Below, piece by piece: positions 43,251 through 53,217 of a stretch of DNA of 64,000 nt (position 1 is its first letter; each line of letters opens with the position of its first letter). A program made the position numbers and the translations under genes. Source of the stretch: an uncultured Chloroflexia bacterium (lineage in GTDB: Bacteria; Chloroflexota; Limnocylindria; Limnocylindrales; CSP1-4). The notes under the pieces are model-generated. The model saw only the letters and a program-made list of their open reading frames with translations. It did no database searches and was not told where the DNA came from. The stretch spans positions 9,379 to 73,378 of the forward strand of contig CAVXTU010000004.1 of the NCBI GenBank assembly GCA_963764785.1, written 5' to 3'.

Positions 43251-44018
43251 CTACAGACCGACGCTCGCCTGCATCATCCCGCCATCGACCGTATAGGTCG
43301 TGGCCGTTCCGTACGAGGCCTTGTCGGAGGCCAGGAATGCCACGAGGTTGGCGATCTCCTCGGGCTCCGCGACCCGTCCCAGGGGGATCGCCGACTCGAG
43401 CCTGGCTCGCTGTGCAGGGTCGGCCAGGGTGACCTCGTCGATCGGCGTATGGACGGCACCCGGCGCCACGCCTACCACGGTGATGCCATGGGGAGCCAGC
43501 TCGACCCCGGCGGTCCGGGTAAGCATGCGGACACCACCCTTCGCCGCGCAGTACGGTGCGTTGCCGGGCATCGGCCAATCCTCGTGGATCGAGGAGATGT
43601 TGATGATGCGACCGCCGCCGCCCTGGGCGATCATCTGCTTCGCAGCCAGCTGGACCCCGAAGAAGGCGCTCTTAAGATCGATGGCGATGACCAGATCGAA
43701 TTGCTTCTCAGTGGTTTCGAGCACCGACGTCCGCGTCTCCATGCCCGCGTTGTTGACCATCACGTCGAGCCGACCGAAGGCAGCCACCGTCTCATCCACG
43801 AGCGCCGAGACGTCGGTGACGGTGGAGACATCAGCCTGCTGGACCCGACCACGGCCGCCAGCGGCTTGGATGGTCTTGAGCGTGGCGTCGGCCGCGGCCT
43901 CGTTCTTGTGGTAGTTGATGGTCACGGCTGCTCCCTGGGCGGCGAGCTCCAGGGCGATGGCGTGACCGATGCCACTGTCACTGCCGGTGACGATGGCGAC
44001 CTTGTCCTGCAGCTGCAT
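43251..44018 (-). CDS. short-chain dehydrogenase/reductase (glucose 1-dehydrogenase-like)
   Basis: TGSDSGIG cofactor motif, NNAG, and the YCAAK catalytic motif. Confidence 0.88.
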   Translation of the reverse strand: MQLQDKVAIVTGSDSGIGHAIALELAAQGAAVTINYHKNEAAADATLKTIQAAGGRGRVQQADVSTVTDVSALVDETVAAFGRLDVMVNNAGMETRTSVLETTEKQFDLVIAIDLKSAFFGVQLAAKQMIAQGGGGRIINISSIHEDWPMPGNAPYCAAKGGVRMLTRTAGVELAPHGITVVGVAPGAVHTPIDEVTLADPAQRARLESAIPLGRVAEPEEIANLVAFLASDKASYGTATTYTVDGGMMQASVGL

Positions 44019-44215
44019 CTGTTCTCCCTGGCCAGCGGCCGCGTACGTGGCGATTCATGTTCGACGATGGTGTCCGACCTGTCGGGGTCGGCCGTGGATA
44101 TGACAGTAGCGTCTTCAGGAGCACCGTTCCAACCATCGCTGCGGCGTGCACAGGTCCGGACACCAGCGTCTGGCTATCATTCGACCTCAAGCTACCCACT
44201 GCAGGATGGTGGATC

Positions 44216-45985
44216 ATGGCGTTGCGACTCGAAGAATACGGTCTCATCGGCGACCTTCACACAGCCGCCCTCGTGGGTTCCGACGGCTCCATCGACTGGT
44301 TGTGTCTGCCCAGCTTCGACTCCGGGGCGTTGTTCGCTTCCCTCCTCGGCACCGAAGACAATGGTCTGTGGCGGATCAGCCCTCACGGCGACGTCACTAG
44401 CGTGGCGCGGCGATATCGACCCGGCACGCTCGTCCTCGAGACCGATGTCACCACGGCCGAAGGGACCGTCCGGATCGTCGATTGCATGCCGCCGCGACAG
44501 ACGCACCCGCGGATCGTCCGCATCATCGACGGCCTCAGCGGCTCGGTACCGATGCACATGGTCATGCGTGCCCGCTTCGATTATGGGGAAACGCGCCCGT
44601 GGTTCCATCACGTCGATGGCGGCATCATGGCCGGTGCCGGACCCAATGCTGTCGTGCTCCGCAGCGACGTCCAGCTCAAGGGCGAGCATGCCGATGCGGT
44701 CGCGGACTTCAGCGTCGGGGCCGGCGATCGCGTGTCCTTCGAGCTCAGCTGGTACCCATCATGGGAGGAGCCAGCGAAGCCCATCGACGCCATCGCGGCG
44801 ATGGAGGCGACCGACGCATGGTGGCGCGAGTGGTCTGACCAGTCATCCTACGCCGGCGACTGGGCCGACGAGGTACAGCGCTCACTGATCACGCTGAAGG
44901 CACTGATCTACTATCCGACCGGCGGCATCGTGGCAGCGCCGACGACGTCCTTGCCGGAGTTCCTCGGCGGTGTGCGCAACTGGGACTACCGATATTGTTG
45001 GCTTCGTGACGCCGCCTTGACGCTGGATGCGCTCATCTCCGCGGGCTACGTCGAGGAAGCCACGGCCTGGCGCGACTGGGTGATGCGCGCAGTCGCTGGC
45101 GACCCCGAGGACATCCAGATCATGTACGGCATCCGCGGCGAACGCAGACTTGATGAGTACGAGCTGCCGCATCTCACTGGCTACGAGGCATCGGCGCCGG
45201 TGCGCATCGGCAATGCAGCTTCCGGCCAACGCCAACTCGACGTCTACGGTGAGCTTGCCGATGCCATCTATCGGGCTCGGGAGGCCGGCATGGACTCCGC
45301 CCCCGGCGCGCCGATCGTGGCACTCCAGATCCTCGAGTGGCTCGACCTGCACTGGGAAGAGCCCGATGACGGGATCTGGGAGGTGCGCGGCGGGCGCAAG
45401 CACTTCGTCCACTCCAAGGTCATGGCCTGGGTCGCGGTCGATCGTTTCATGAAGATGGCCGCCGAGGCCGGCCTGGCAGACCGCATGGACCAGGTCGCCA
45501 ACCTCCGCGACAAGATGCACGCGGACATCTGCGAGAAGGGATACGACCCGGTCAGGAACACCTTCACGCAGTACTACGGCTCGAAGCAGTTGGATGCGTC
45601 GCTGCTGCTCATCCCTCAGGTCGGGTTCCTGCCTCCATCCGACCCGAGGGTCGTCGGCACCATCGAGGCTGTGCAGCGCGAACTGGTCAAGGACGGCTTC
45701 GTGATGCGCTACATCCCCGACGAGGACGCCGCTGACGGCTTGCCGCCGGGCGAAGGCGCCTTCCTCGCTTGCAGCTTCTGGCTGGTCATCGACCTGGCGC
45801 TTATCGGTCGGCACGAGGAAGCTCGCGAGCTGTTCGACCGTCTGCGGGTCCTGCGCAACGACCTGGGCCTGTTCTCCGAGGAGTACGACCAGCCGAATCA
45901 GCGCCAGATCGGGAACACACCGCAAGCCTTCACGCACTTGACCTTCATCTCGGCAGCGCTGACGCTGTCGCAGATGGGAACCTAG
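44216..45985 (+). CDS. glycoside hydrolase family 15 protein (glucoamylase/trehalase type)
   Basis: LEEYGLIGDLHTAALVGSDGSIDWLCLPSFDS and NWDYRYCWLRDA motifs. The ATG at 44216 gives the conserved N-terminus; the ORF track starts at 44057. Confidence 0.88.
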   Translation: MALRLEEYGLIGDLHTAALVGSDGSIDWLCLPSFDSGALFASLLGTEDNGLWRISPHGDVTSVARRYRPGTLVLETDVTTAEGTVRIVDCMPPRQTHPRIVRIIDGLSGSVPMHMVMRARFDYGETRPWFHHVDGGIMAGAGPNAVVLRSDVQLKGEHADAVADFSVGAGDRVSFELSWYPSWEEPAKPIDAIAAMEATDAWWREWSDQSSYAGDWADEVQRSLITLKALIYYPTGGIVAAPTTSLPEFLGGVRNWDYRYCWLRDAALTLDALISAGYVEEATAWRDWVMRAVAGDPEDIQIMYGIRGERRLDEYELPHLTGYEASAPVRIGNAASGQRQLDVYGELADAIYRAREAGMDSAPGAPIVALQILEWLDLHWEEPDDGIWEVRGGRKHFVHSKVMAWVAVDRFMKMAAEAGLADRMDQVANLRDKMHADICEKGYDPVRNTFTQYYGSKQLDASLLLIPQVGFLPPSDPRVVGTIEAVQRELVKDGFVMRYIPDEDAADGLPPGEGAFLACSFWLVIDLALIGRHEEARELFDRLRVLRNDLGLFSEEYDQPNQRQIGNTPQAFTHLTFISAALTLSQMGT

Positions 45986-46113
45986 GTTGGCGCGCATCGG
46001 CCGCACCTCGATCACCGAAGGAGAACGCGCCGAGTCACGAGTCGAGCGGTCCGCGACGATCCTCGGTCCTGGATCAGGACGCCGAGGCCACCGAGGGAGG
46101 AAGCGTTCCTAGC

Positions 46114-47721
46114 ATGTCCGATGTAAAGGCGTCCGCGGCGACAGGTGACGGCCAGCCGGCCAACGCCAGGATCGTCCTGGTTTCACTCATCCTCGTCGCG
46201 GCTGTGGCCAATCTCAACCTGTCGGTGGCGAACGTGGCTCTGCCCTCGATCGGGCAGTCGTTCGACTCGTCGCAAACGACACTGAACCTCATCGCCATCG
46301 GCTACTCGTTGGGGCTCGCGGCATCGGTGCTGTGGTTCGGCGCGCTGGGCGACCGCTACGGGCGCAAGCTGATGATCATCCTGGGCATGGCGCTCGCCAT
46401 CCCATCCTCCCTGGTGGCCGGACTCGCCCCATCGGACGACATCCTGTTCATCGCCAGAGTCGTCGGCGGTATCTCCGCGGGACTGGCCTTCCCCACCACC
46501 CTGGCGCTCATCACGGCGCTGTGGTCGGGTCCTGCGAGGACGAGGTCGATCGCGCTGTGGTCCGCCCTGGGCGGTGGCTTTGCCATGCTCGGCCCACTCC
46601 TGTCCGGACTGCTGCTCGAGTTCTTCGCCTGGGGCTCGGTGTTCATCGTGACCATCCCGCTAGCATTGCTCGCGCTCTATATGGCGTGGCGCTATGTGCC
46701 TGCGCACGTCAACGAGACCACCGCGCCGGTCGACAATCTCGGCGGCGTGCTGTCAGCGGTCATGATCGGCGCTCTCGTGGTGTCGCTGAACTTCATCGTC
46801 GTCCCGAGCATGCGATCCCTGGCCATCGTGCTCCTGATCGTGGCCGGGGTCACGCTGGCCCTCTTCCTCTGGCGTCAGCGACGGGCGGTCAACGCGCTTT
46901 ACGATCTCAAGGTCGCAGCACGACCCACATTCTGGGTCGCAGCGCTCGCTGGGATCATCGTCTTCGGGTCGTTGATGGGCATCGCCTTCATCAACCAGCA
47001 GTATCTCCAGAACGTCCTGGCCTACGACACGCTCCAGGCGGGCGCGGCGATCCTGCCGGCGGTGGTCTTCATGATCCTCGTCGCGCCCCGGTCGGCGATC
47101 CTCGTCCAACAGCGTGGCTCACGGGCGACGCTGCTCCTGGGCCAGTTCGTCCTCGGACTCGCCTTCATCGGGATGTTCTTCCTGTGGGGCGAGGGCACCC
47201 CGTACTGGATCGTCGCCATCCCGCTGGTCCTGATGGGCATCGGCGTGGGCCTTGCGGGTACGCCGTCGTCGAACTCGCTGACGGGATCGGTGCCGGTCGA
47301 GCGGGTGGGCATGGCCTCCGGCACAGCCGACCTGCAGCGAGACCTCGGTGGGGCACTCATGACCTCGATCTTCGGCGCCCTCCTGACTGCGGGGTATGCC
47401 GGGGCCATGGGGACCGCCATCGCCTCGTCTGGCGAGGATGTCACGGCCAACACCCAGAGCCAGCTGCAGCTCTCGTACGCGAGCGCCGCCAATCTCGCCG
47501 CCAACAACCCGGAGTACAGCCAGCAGATCATCTCGGCCGCCCAGGAGTCATTCCTGCAGGGCGATCAGCTGGCCTATGTCGCCGGCCTGGTAGCTGTCAT
47601 CATCGGCGGCGCGCTGACGTTCGTGTTCTTCCCCCGGAAGGAGGAAGAGGAGCGCCTACGCGCCGGCTACCTCCATGATGCCGTTGCGACAGACCCCGAC
47701 CCGGAACTGCAGGTGAGCTGA
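46114..47721 (+). CDS. MFS transporter, DHA2/EmrB-like (about 14 TM)
   Basis: NLNLSVANVALPSI and GALGDRYGRKLMI (motif A) plus many TM segments. The ATG at 46114 follows gagggagga. The ORF track starts at 45769, inside GH15. Confidence 0.85.
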   Translation: MSDVKASAATGDGQPANARIVLVSLILVAAVANLNLSVANVALPSIGQSFDSSQTTLNLIAIGYSLGLAASVLWFGALGDRYGRKLMIILGMALAIPSSLVAGLAPSDDILFIARVVGGISAGLAFPTTLALITALWSGPARTRSIALWSALGGGFAMLGPLLSGLLLEFFAWGSVFIVTIPLALLALYMAWRYVPAHVNETTAPVDNLGGVLSAVMIGALVVSLNFIVVPSMRSLAIVLLIVAGVTLALFLWRQRRAVNALYDLKVAARPTFWVAALAGIIVFGSLMGIAFINQQYLQNVLAYDTLQAGAAILPAVVFMILVAPRSAILVQQRGSRATLLLGQFVLGLAFIGMFFLWGEGTPYWIVAIPLVLMGIGVGLAGTPSSNSLTGSVPVERVGMASGTADLQRDLGGALMTSIFGALLTAGYAGAMGTAIASSGEDVTANTQSQLQLSYASAANLAANNPEYSQQIISAAQESFLQGDQLAYVAGLVAVIIGGALTFVFFPRKEEEERLRAGYLHDAVATDPDPELQVS

Positions 47722-47756
47722 ACTCGCGTTGATCCCCGTGGCGACACACTCTTCGA

Positions 47757-47774
47757 ACGGGTGCCACGGGTGCC
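47757..47774. promoter_or_regulatory. perfect 9-bp tandem repeat (ACGGGTGCC x2) overlapping an 8-bp inverted repeat (CCCGTGGC at 47735-47742 and GCCACGGG at 47763-47770) upstream of gadB
   Basis: Read directly from the sequence. It lies 80-120 nt upstream of the gadB ATG and just after the MFS stop. The function is unknown; it could be an operator or a stem-loop. Confidence 0.3.
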
Positions 47775-47852
47775 GGGTTACGCTGCCATAGTGGGCAACG
47801 GTAAGACGATGCGACATTCCGTTCGATACCGTCTCAGAAGGAGGCACGCCAC

Positions 47853-49241
47853 ATGGTCGTCAAGAAGGTCACGGTCCGCCAGATCAAGGACGAGCTCCTG
47901 TCGCCCGCCTACACGCACCGCCTGGACCTGGGCGAGATGCCCAAGTTTCGGATCCCCGAGGAAGGTGCCTGGCCCGACACCGTGGAACGGCTGATCAACG
48001 ACGAGTTGATGCTCGATGGCAACGCACGACTCAACCTGGCCACGTTCGTGACCACCTGGATGGAGCCCCAGGCCGAGCGCCTGATGGCCGCTTCGTTCGA
48101 CAAGAACATGATCGACAAGGACGAGTATCCCGCGACCGCCGAGATCGAGCGTCGCTGTGTGAATATCGTGGCCGATCTCTTTCACGCCCCCAGCAGCGAC
48201 GATGAGGCAGCCGTCGGGGTATCCACGACCGGATCGTCCGAAGCCGTGATGCTCGGCGGCCTGGCCATGAAGTGGAAGTGGCGCCAGGCTCGCGAGGCCG
48301 CCGGGCTCGACGGGAGCAAACCCAACCTCGTGCTTGGATCCAACGTCCAGGTCGTCTGGGAGAAGTTCTGTCGCTATTGGGATGTCGAACCGCGCTACGT
48401 GCCGGTCAGCAAGGGCCAGTACGTCATCACCCCCGAGGCTGCGGTGGCGGCCATCGACGAGAACACCATCGGCGTCATCGCCATCCTGGGCACCACCTAC
48501 ACCGGCGAGTACGAGCCCATCAAGGACATCCACGATGCTGTGGTCGCCAACAATGAAGCGACCGGCCTGTCCACACCCGTCCACATCGACGCGGCATCGG
48601 GCGGGTTCGTGGCGCCGTTCCTCCAGCCCGATCTGAAGTGGGACTTCCGTCTCCCCAATGTCGTGTCGATCAATGTCTCCGGTCACAAGTACGGCCTGGT
48701 CTACCCGGGCATCGGATTCGTGATCTGGCGCGACGCCCAGCACCTGCCCGAGGACCTCATCTTCCACGTCAACTACCTCGGCGGTGACATGCCGACCTTT
48801 ACGCTCAACTTCTCGCGACCCGGCAACCAGGTGGTCGGCCAGTACTACAACTTCATCCGTCTCGGCCGCTCCGGCTACACCAAGGTCATGCAGGTCCTCC
48901 AGGGCATCACCCTTGAGCTTTCCGCGAGGATCGCGGAGATGGGCCACTTCTCCATCGTCAGCGACGGCAGCGCCATCCCGGTGCTGTCATTCACCGTCGC
49001 CGACGATGTCCCCTTCACCGCGTTCGACGTTTCGGACCGGTTGCGCTACTACGGCTGGCAGGTACCCGCCTACACGATGCCCGAGGACGCCACCGACGTC
49101 GCCGTGCTCCGCATCGTGGTACGTGAGGGCATGACCGGAGATCTCGCCAAATCACTCATCGCAGATCTCCAGACCGCGGCTACGGACCTGGCGGACAACC
49201 CACCGCTCAGGTCTGCGGAGCGATCGGGGTTCAGTCACTAG
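47853..49241 (+). CDS. gadB: glutamate decarboxylase (PLP-dependent)
   Basis: NLATFVTTWMEP and DKDEYPATAEIE motifs, and the PLP-lysine motif SGHKYG. A strong SD (gaaggagg) lies 8 nt upstream. Confidence 0.93.
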   Translation: MVVKKVTVRQIKDELLSPAYTHRLDLGEMPKFRIPEEGAWPDTVERLINDELMLDGNARLNLATFVTTWMEPQAERLMAASFDKNMIDKDEYPATAEIERRCVNIVADLFHAPSSDDEAAVGVSTTGSSEAVMLGGLAMKWKWRQAREAAGLDGSKPNLVLGSNVQVVWEKFCRYWDVEPRYVPVSKGQYVITPEAAVAAIDENTIGVIAILGTTYTGEYEPIKDIHDAVVANNEATGLSTPVHIDAASGGFVAPFLQPDLKWDFRLPNVVSINVSGHKYGLVYPGIGFVIWRDAQHLPEDLIFHVNYLGGDMPTFTLNFSRPGNQVVGQYYNFIRLGRSGYTKVMQVLQGITLELSARIAEMGHFSIVSDGSAIPVLSFTVADDVPFTAFDVSDRLRYYGWQVPAYTMPEDATDVAVLRIVVREGMTGDLAKSLIADLQTAATDLADNPPLRSAERSGFSH

Positions 49242-49253
49242 CTTGCCCAGACG

Positions 49254-50102
49254 GTGACGCTTCCTGTCGGCTTCGAGGAGGTCGAGCGCAAGAGATTCGG
49301 CCCCTTCACGACCGCCCGTGTCCTGCGGCGACCTGATGGCACCCTGCTGGAGTTCTCGGCCTGGCAGCACCGCAAGGGCTACGGACTCATCGATCGCTCT
49401 GGAGCGTCGATGCCGGAACACGTCGATTGGTGGGAGCCAACACGGCGTGACTGGTGGATCGGGGTGCTCTTCATGGTCGGCTCGGCGTGCTTCGCCATCG
49501 GCTCGATCCCGATCGCCGCGGATGCTCTCGGCCGTGCCGCGCCTTGGATCTTCTTCGTCGGCTCGGTCTTCTTCACCTCCGCGGCCTATCTGCAGTATTT
49601 CGAAGCCACCAACGAGGGTGACGCGCTCGATGCGTCGGGGCGCACTCGGCACCTCTTCGGGGTCCGGCGTAAATCCATCGGGTGGTGGGCCTCCTTCATC
49701 CAGTTCCTGGGCACCCTGGCCTTCAACGTGACCACGTTCGCCGGCACCCTCGTGCTCACCACGCAGAAGGCGGAGCGATGGGTCTGGGCACCCGACGTGG
49801 TGGGCTCGATCTTCTTCCTCATCGCCAGCTGGCTGGTCATCGCCGAGACCCACGACCGCATTCGAGGGATGCTCTTCCGCTCCCTCGAATCGAGGATCGC
49901 GGGGCTCAACATGATCGGCTCCATCGCCTTCGGGATCTCAGCCATCGGAGCCTTCATCCTTCCGTCGAGCGGCGAGCTCCTGAGCCTGCCCATCGTCAAC
50001 ATCTTCACGTTCATCGGCGCCGTCTGCTTCTTCCTCGGTGCGGCGCTGCTCATCCCGGCCATGCGCCCTGACCCTGTGACCCAACAGGTGGTGGCGACCT
50101 GA
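49254..50102 (+). CDS. six-TM membrane protein built of repeated helices (YrhK-like by eye)
   Basis: The helix pattern recurs: WWIGVLFMVGSACFAIGS, WIFFVGSVFFTSAAY, WWASFIQFLGTLAF, VVGSIFFLIASW, MIGSIAFGISAIGAF and FTFIGAVCFFLGAA. It starts with a GTG 12 nt after the gadB stop. The family call was not verified. Confidence 0.65.
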   Translation: MTLPVGFEEVERKRFGPFTTARVLRRPDGTLLEFSAWQHRKGYGLIDRSGASMPEHVDWWEPTRRDWWIGVLFMVGSACFAIGSIPIAADALGRAAPWIFFVGSVFFTSAAYLQYFEATNEGDALDASGRTRHLFGVRRKSIGWWASFIQFLGTLAFNVTTFAGTLVLTTQKAERWVWAPDVVGSIFFLIASWLVIAETHDRIRGMLFRSLESRIAGLNMIGSIAFGISAIGAFILPSSGELLSLPIVNIFTFIGAVCFFLGAALLIPAMRPDPVTQQVVAT

Positions 50103-50127
50103 TCGTGCATCGCGTCGGCCCGCGGCG

Positions 50128-51906
50128 TTGGGACATGATTCGGGGACGGGCACTGGGTACCATTCGGCGGTGAGCCGTATCCAGCTCCCGGAATTCATCC
50201 ACGAGGTCGTCGACGATCCTCGCCAGCGTGGCATCCTCATCGCGGGATCCCTGGCGCTCTTCTCAGTCGGCCTCGTCCCTCGAGTGCTCTCGCCGGGGCT
50301 TCCGAACGCCCAGGAAGCCCTGCGAACGCAGCCGGACCTGCAAAACCTGTTCCTGCTCCTGGCCTTCGCCTCGACAGCCACGATCATCCTGGGCGGTCTC
50401 GTCAGCGACCTGTTCAGGCGGCGCGAACTGCTCATCGGTGCGCTCAGCGTCATGGTGCTGGCGTCGGCCGTCAACATAGCGCTGCCCCAGGGGTACATCT
50501 TCTTCGGCGCCAATATCGTCGCTGTCGCTGCCACGGGCGTGGTTCTCGCGTACGCCATCGGCACGGTCGCGGTCACCTACGAGGGGGTGGCACGAGCGAC
50601 CGCGCTGGGCTTCGTGTACGGCGCCTACGGAGCCGGTAGCGCGGCGTCGCCCGCGGTCCTGACCCTGTTTCCACGCCTGCTGCCCAGTGACGACCCGACA
50701 GTGCCCGCAGCCTTCACGTTCGACACCTGGTTGGCCTATCTACTGACCGCGATCGCCTCGGGCGTGGCGCTGTGGGCGTCGCGTCGCTGGATGCCCCCGA
50801 TCCCAGGATCGCTGCCGGTCAGTCGCAAGCTCATCGTCGGCGTGGCCGGCTGGTCCATGGCCGTGCTCGCCATCGTGACGGGTGTGCTCGGGCTGGGCGG
50901 CGAGGCCGGCGTGGTGGTGCCCATGCTGCTCATCGTGGGCGGCGTCATCGGGCTGGCGACCGCGACGATCCGGTTCAACCGGACGAGCGAGGAGATGGCC
51001 AGGCTCCGGCTCGATCGGCGCGGACTCGGAGCGGCGCTGGCCGTTGGCGTCGCGGTCGGCTTCGCGCAGGCGGTGCCGCTGATGCTCCTACCGGTGGTCT
51101 TCCAGTATCCCTTCAACTACGGCACCCTCTTCTCCGTCCTGGCCATCGCACCCTTTGCCATCGCCCTGCTTCTGGCTGGTCCCATCTCGGGCATCCTGAT
51201 CCGGCGCTTCGGTCCGCGCGGCATGATGACCAGCGGCACGCTGGCGCTGGGCGTCGCCAATGTCCTGCTGGCGGTGACGCTGAGCTGGCTCGTCGAGCAG
51301 GTTCGCCAGGCATTCCAGGCCGACCCCACCAGCAGCGACCTCGGTTTGGTGCCCTACAACTACCTGCTCTTCGTCCTGCCGCTGGTGCTGGTCGGCGCCG
51401 GCTTCGTGCTCTCGACCACGGTCCGGACGGCCATCGTCTTCGCCAGCACGCCGCGCGGCCTGTCAGCGTCCGCGGCGGCCATCAACGAGGCGTCCGTGGG
51501 GCTGGGATCTCGGATCGGAATCGTGGTCGCCACGACGGTCCTGGCGGGCACCGCGCTGGCGTCGGCGCGACAGATGGTCATCGACCGACCCGCCGAGCAG
51601 GCCACCGCACTGATCAACGAATTCGAGCTGGCGCTCACGTCGCTCGGCACGCCACGCTTCAAGGAGGTATACGAGGCCTCCATCGCGGGCGCCGAACCGA
51701 TCAAGCGCGCGGCCTACTCGGTGGCCTACATCGACGGAGTGGTCGTGGCACTGTTGCTGAGCGGCATCGCCGGCATCGGTGGCGCCATCCTGGCGTACCT
51801 GCTGACCGGACGACGCGACCCACTCAAGACGGTCTTCGACATGCAGGACGAGCGCGCCGCTCAGGGGCCGGCAGGGGCCCCCGGCGTGGACGGCTCGGGC
51901 TCGTAG
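50128..51906 (+). CDS. MFS-like transporter (about 14 TM)
   Basis: Many TM segments and a motif-A-like GGLVSDLFRRRE. It starts 25 nt after the 6-TM gene. Its 3' end overlaps the convergent AI-2E gene by 46 nt. The start is uncertain. Confidence 0.7.
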   Translation: MGHDSGTGTGYHSAVSRIQLPEFIHEVVDDPRQRGILIAGSLALFSVGLVPRVLSPGLPNAQEALRTQPDLQNLFLLLAFASTATIILGGLVSDLFRRRELLIGALSVMVLASAVNIALPQGYIFFGANIVAVAATGVVLAYAIGTVAVTYEGVARATALGFVYGAYGAGSAASPAVLTLFPRLLPSDDPTVPAAFTFDTWLAYLLTAIASGVALWASRRWMPPIPGSLPVSRKLIVGVAGWSMAVLAIVTGVLGLGGEAGVVVPMLLIVGGVIGLATATIRFNRTSEEMARLRLDRRGLGAALAVGVAVGFAQAVPLMLLPVVFQYPFNYGTLFSVLAIAPFAIALLLAGPISGILIRRFGPRGMMTSGTLALGVANVLLAVTLSWLVEQVRQAFQADPTSSDLGLVPYNYLLFVLPLVLVGAGFVLSTTVRTAIVFASTPRGLSASAAAINEASVGLGSRIGIVVATTVLAGTALASARQMVIDRPAEQATALINEFELALTSLGTPRFKEVYEASIAGAEPIKRAAYSVAYIDGVVVALLLSGIAGIGGAILAYLLTGRRDPLKTVFDMQDERAAQGPAGAPGVDGSGS

Positions 51907-53081
51907 ACCAGGTCCTGCTCCACGGCCTTGTCGAACAGGTAGCGGAACACGTCGCGGACGATCGACGCCACCGGCAGCGCAAGGATGGCCCCGATGATGC
52001 CGGCCACGGCGAATCCGATGGCGATCAACACCAGTACGGACGCCCCGGTGAAGTTGATCATCTTGCCCTCCAGGTTGGGCACCAGGACGGAACCCTCGAT
52101 GTTGAAGATCACGAAGTAGAAGATGCTGACCACGACGACGACGTCGAGTCCGGCCGGGATGGACACCAGGAGCGCCGGGATGTAGCTGAGGATGGGCCCG
52201 ATCTGGGGGATCAGCTCCATCACGAATGCGACGAGCCCAAGCAGCAGCGCGAACTCGACCAGCAGGGGTGAATCCAGCACGGTCCCGATGACGAACGTGC
52301 CCAGACTGACGATGACGAACATGATCGCGCCGACGAGCAGCTCGGCCTTGAAGTACTGGGCGAAATTGCCCACGCTGATGGTCAGCAGCCTGCTGATGTC
52401 GGCCTGCCATGGTCCTGGCACGCGTCGGTAGAAGCTGCCGGCCATGCTGGGCTGGTCCTTGAGCAGGTAGAAGAGGAAGAACGGCAGCAGGAACCAGACG
52501 AAGAGCCCCCCGATGACGTTGAAGACGCCCCCGACGACACTGGCGACGACAGCTCCCTGGTCGATGGTCTGGAGCCGCTCATCGATCGTCGAGAAGATGG
52601 AATCGATGGTGGTGCGTACCCAGTCGGGCAGCGACATCGCGGCGTAGGTTTCCTTCAGGTCGTCGATGATGGCTGGCAGGTGGTTGATGAAGGCGATGCC
52701 CTGGTTGACGACGATCAGCGTGACGAGGCCGACGATCGCGAAGACCACGAGCAACGTCCCGAGCACGGCGAGGATGGCCGCGATCCAGCGAGGCAGCCCG
52801 TGGCGTTCCAGCCAGTTCACGACCGGTACCAGGAAGAAGGCCAGCGCGACGCCAACGCCGAAGACGAAGAGGGCGGAGGCTGAGGCGACGAAGACGGCCG
52901 TGCACAGGATGATCAGCAGCAGCGCGATCCAGAATGGTCCACTGGGCCAGGCCATCGACTTGAAGCGTGCGCGCGCAGAGACCGGGGCCTCCGGATGGCC
53001 GGCCTGGCCGGCAACGGTCAGATCATCCTCGCCGGGTGACGGCCCCTGCGGAGCGGATCCAGACTCGGCTCCCTCACTCAC
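51861..53081 (-). CDS. AI-2E family (PerM/YhhT, UPF0118) transporter
   Basis: Typical architecture, including FFLVPVVNWLERHGLPRWIA and ELIPQIGP. Confidence 0.85.
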   Translation of the reverse strand: MSEGAESGSAPQGPSPGEDDLTVAGQAGHPEAPVSARARFKSMAWPSGPFWIALLLIILCTAVFVASASALFVFGVGVALAFFLVPVVNWLERHGLPRWIAAILAVLGTLLVVFAIVGLVTLIVVNQGIAFINHLPAIIDDLKETYAAMSLPDWVRTTIDSIFSTIDERLQTIDQGAVVASVVGGVFNVIGGLFVWFLLPFFLFYLLKDQPSMAGSFYRRVPGPWQADISRLLTISVGNFAQYFKAELLVGAIMFVIVSLGTFVIGTVLDSPLLVEFALLLGLVAFVMELIPQIGPILSYIPALLVSIPAGLDVVVVVSIFYFVIFNIEGSVLVPNLEGKMINFTGASVLVLIAIGFAVAGIIGAILALPVASIVRDVFRYLFDKAVEQDLVYEPEPSTPGAPAGP

Positions 53082-53217
53082 GGCGCGAGGCTAGCACAGC
53101 GACTTCCACCGGGATCGGGCGCGGCGTCGCTGGCCCAGAGGAGCCCAACGCGGAACCTGGAGGCCTGCGACCTGAAAGGCCTACAATCGAAGATCCATAC
53201 CACAGAGGAGCCTTACC

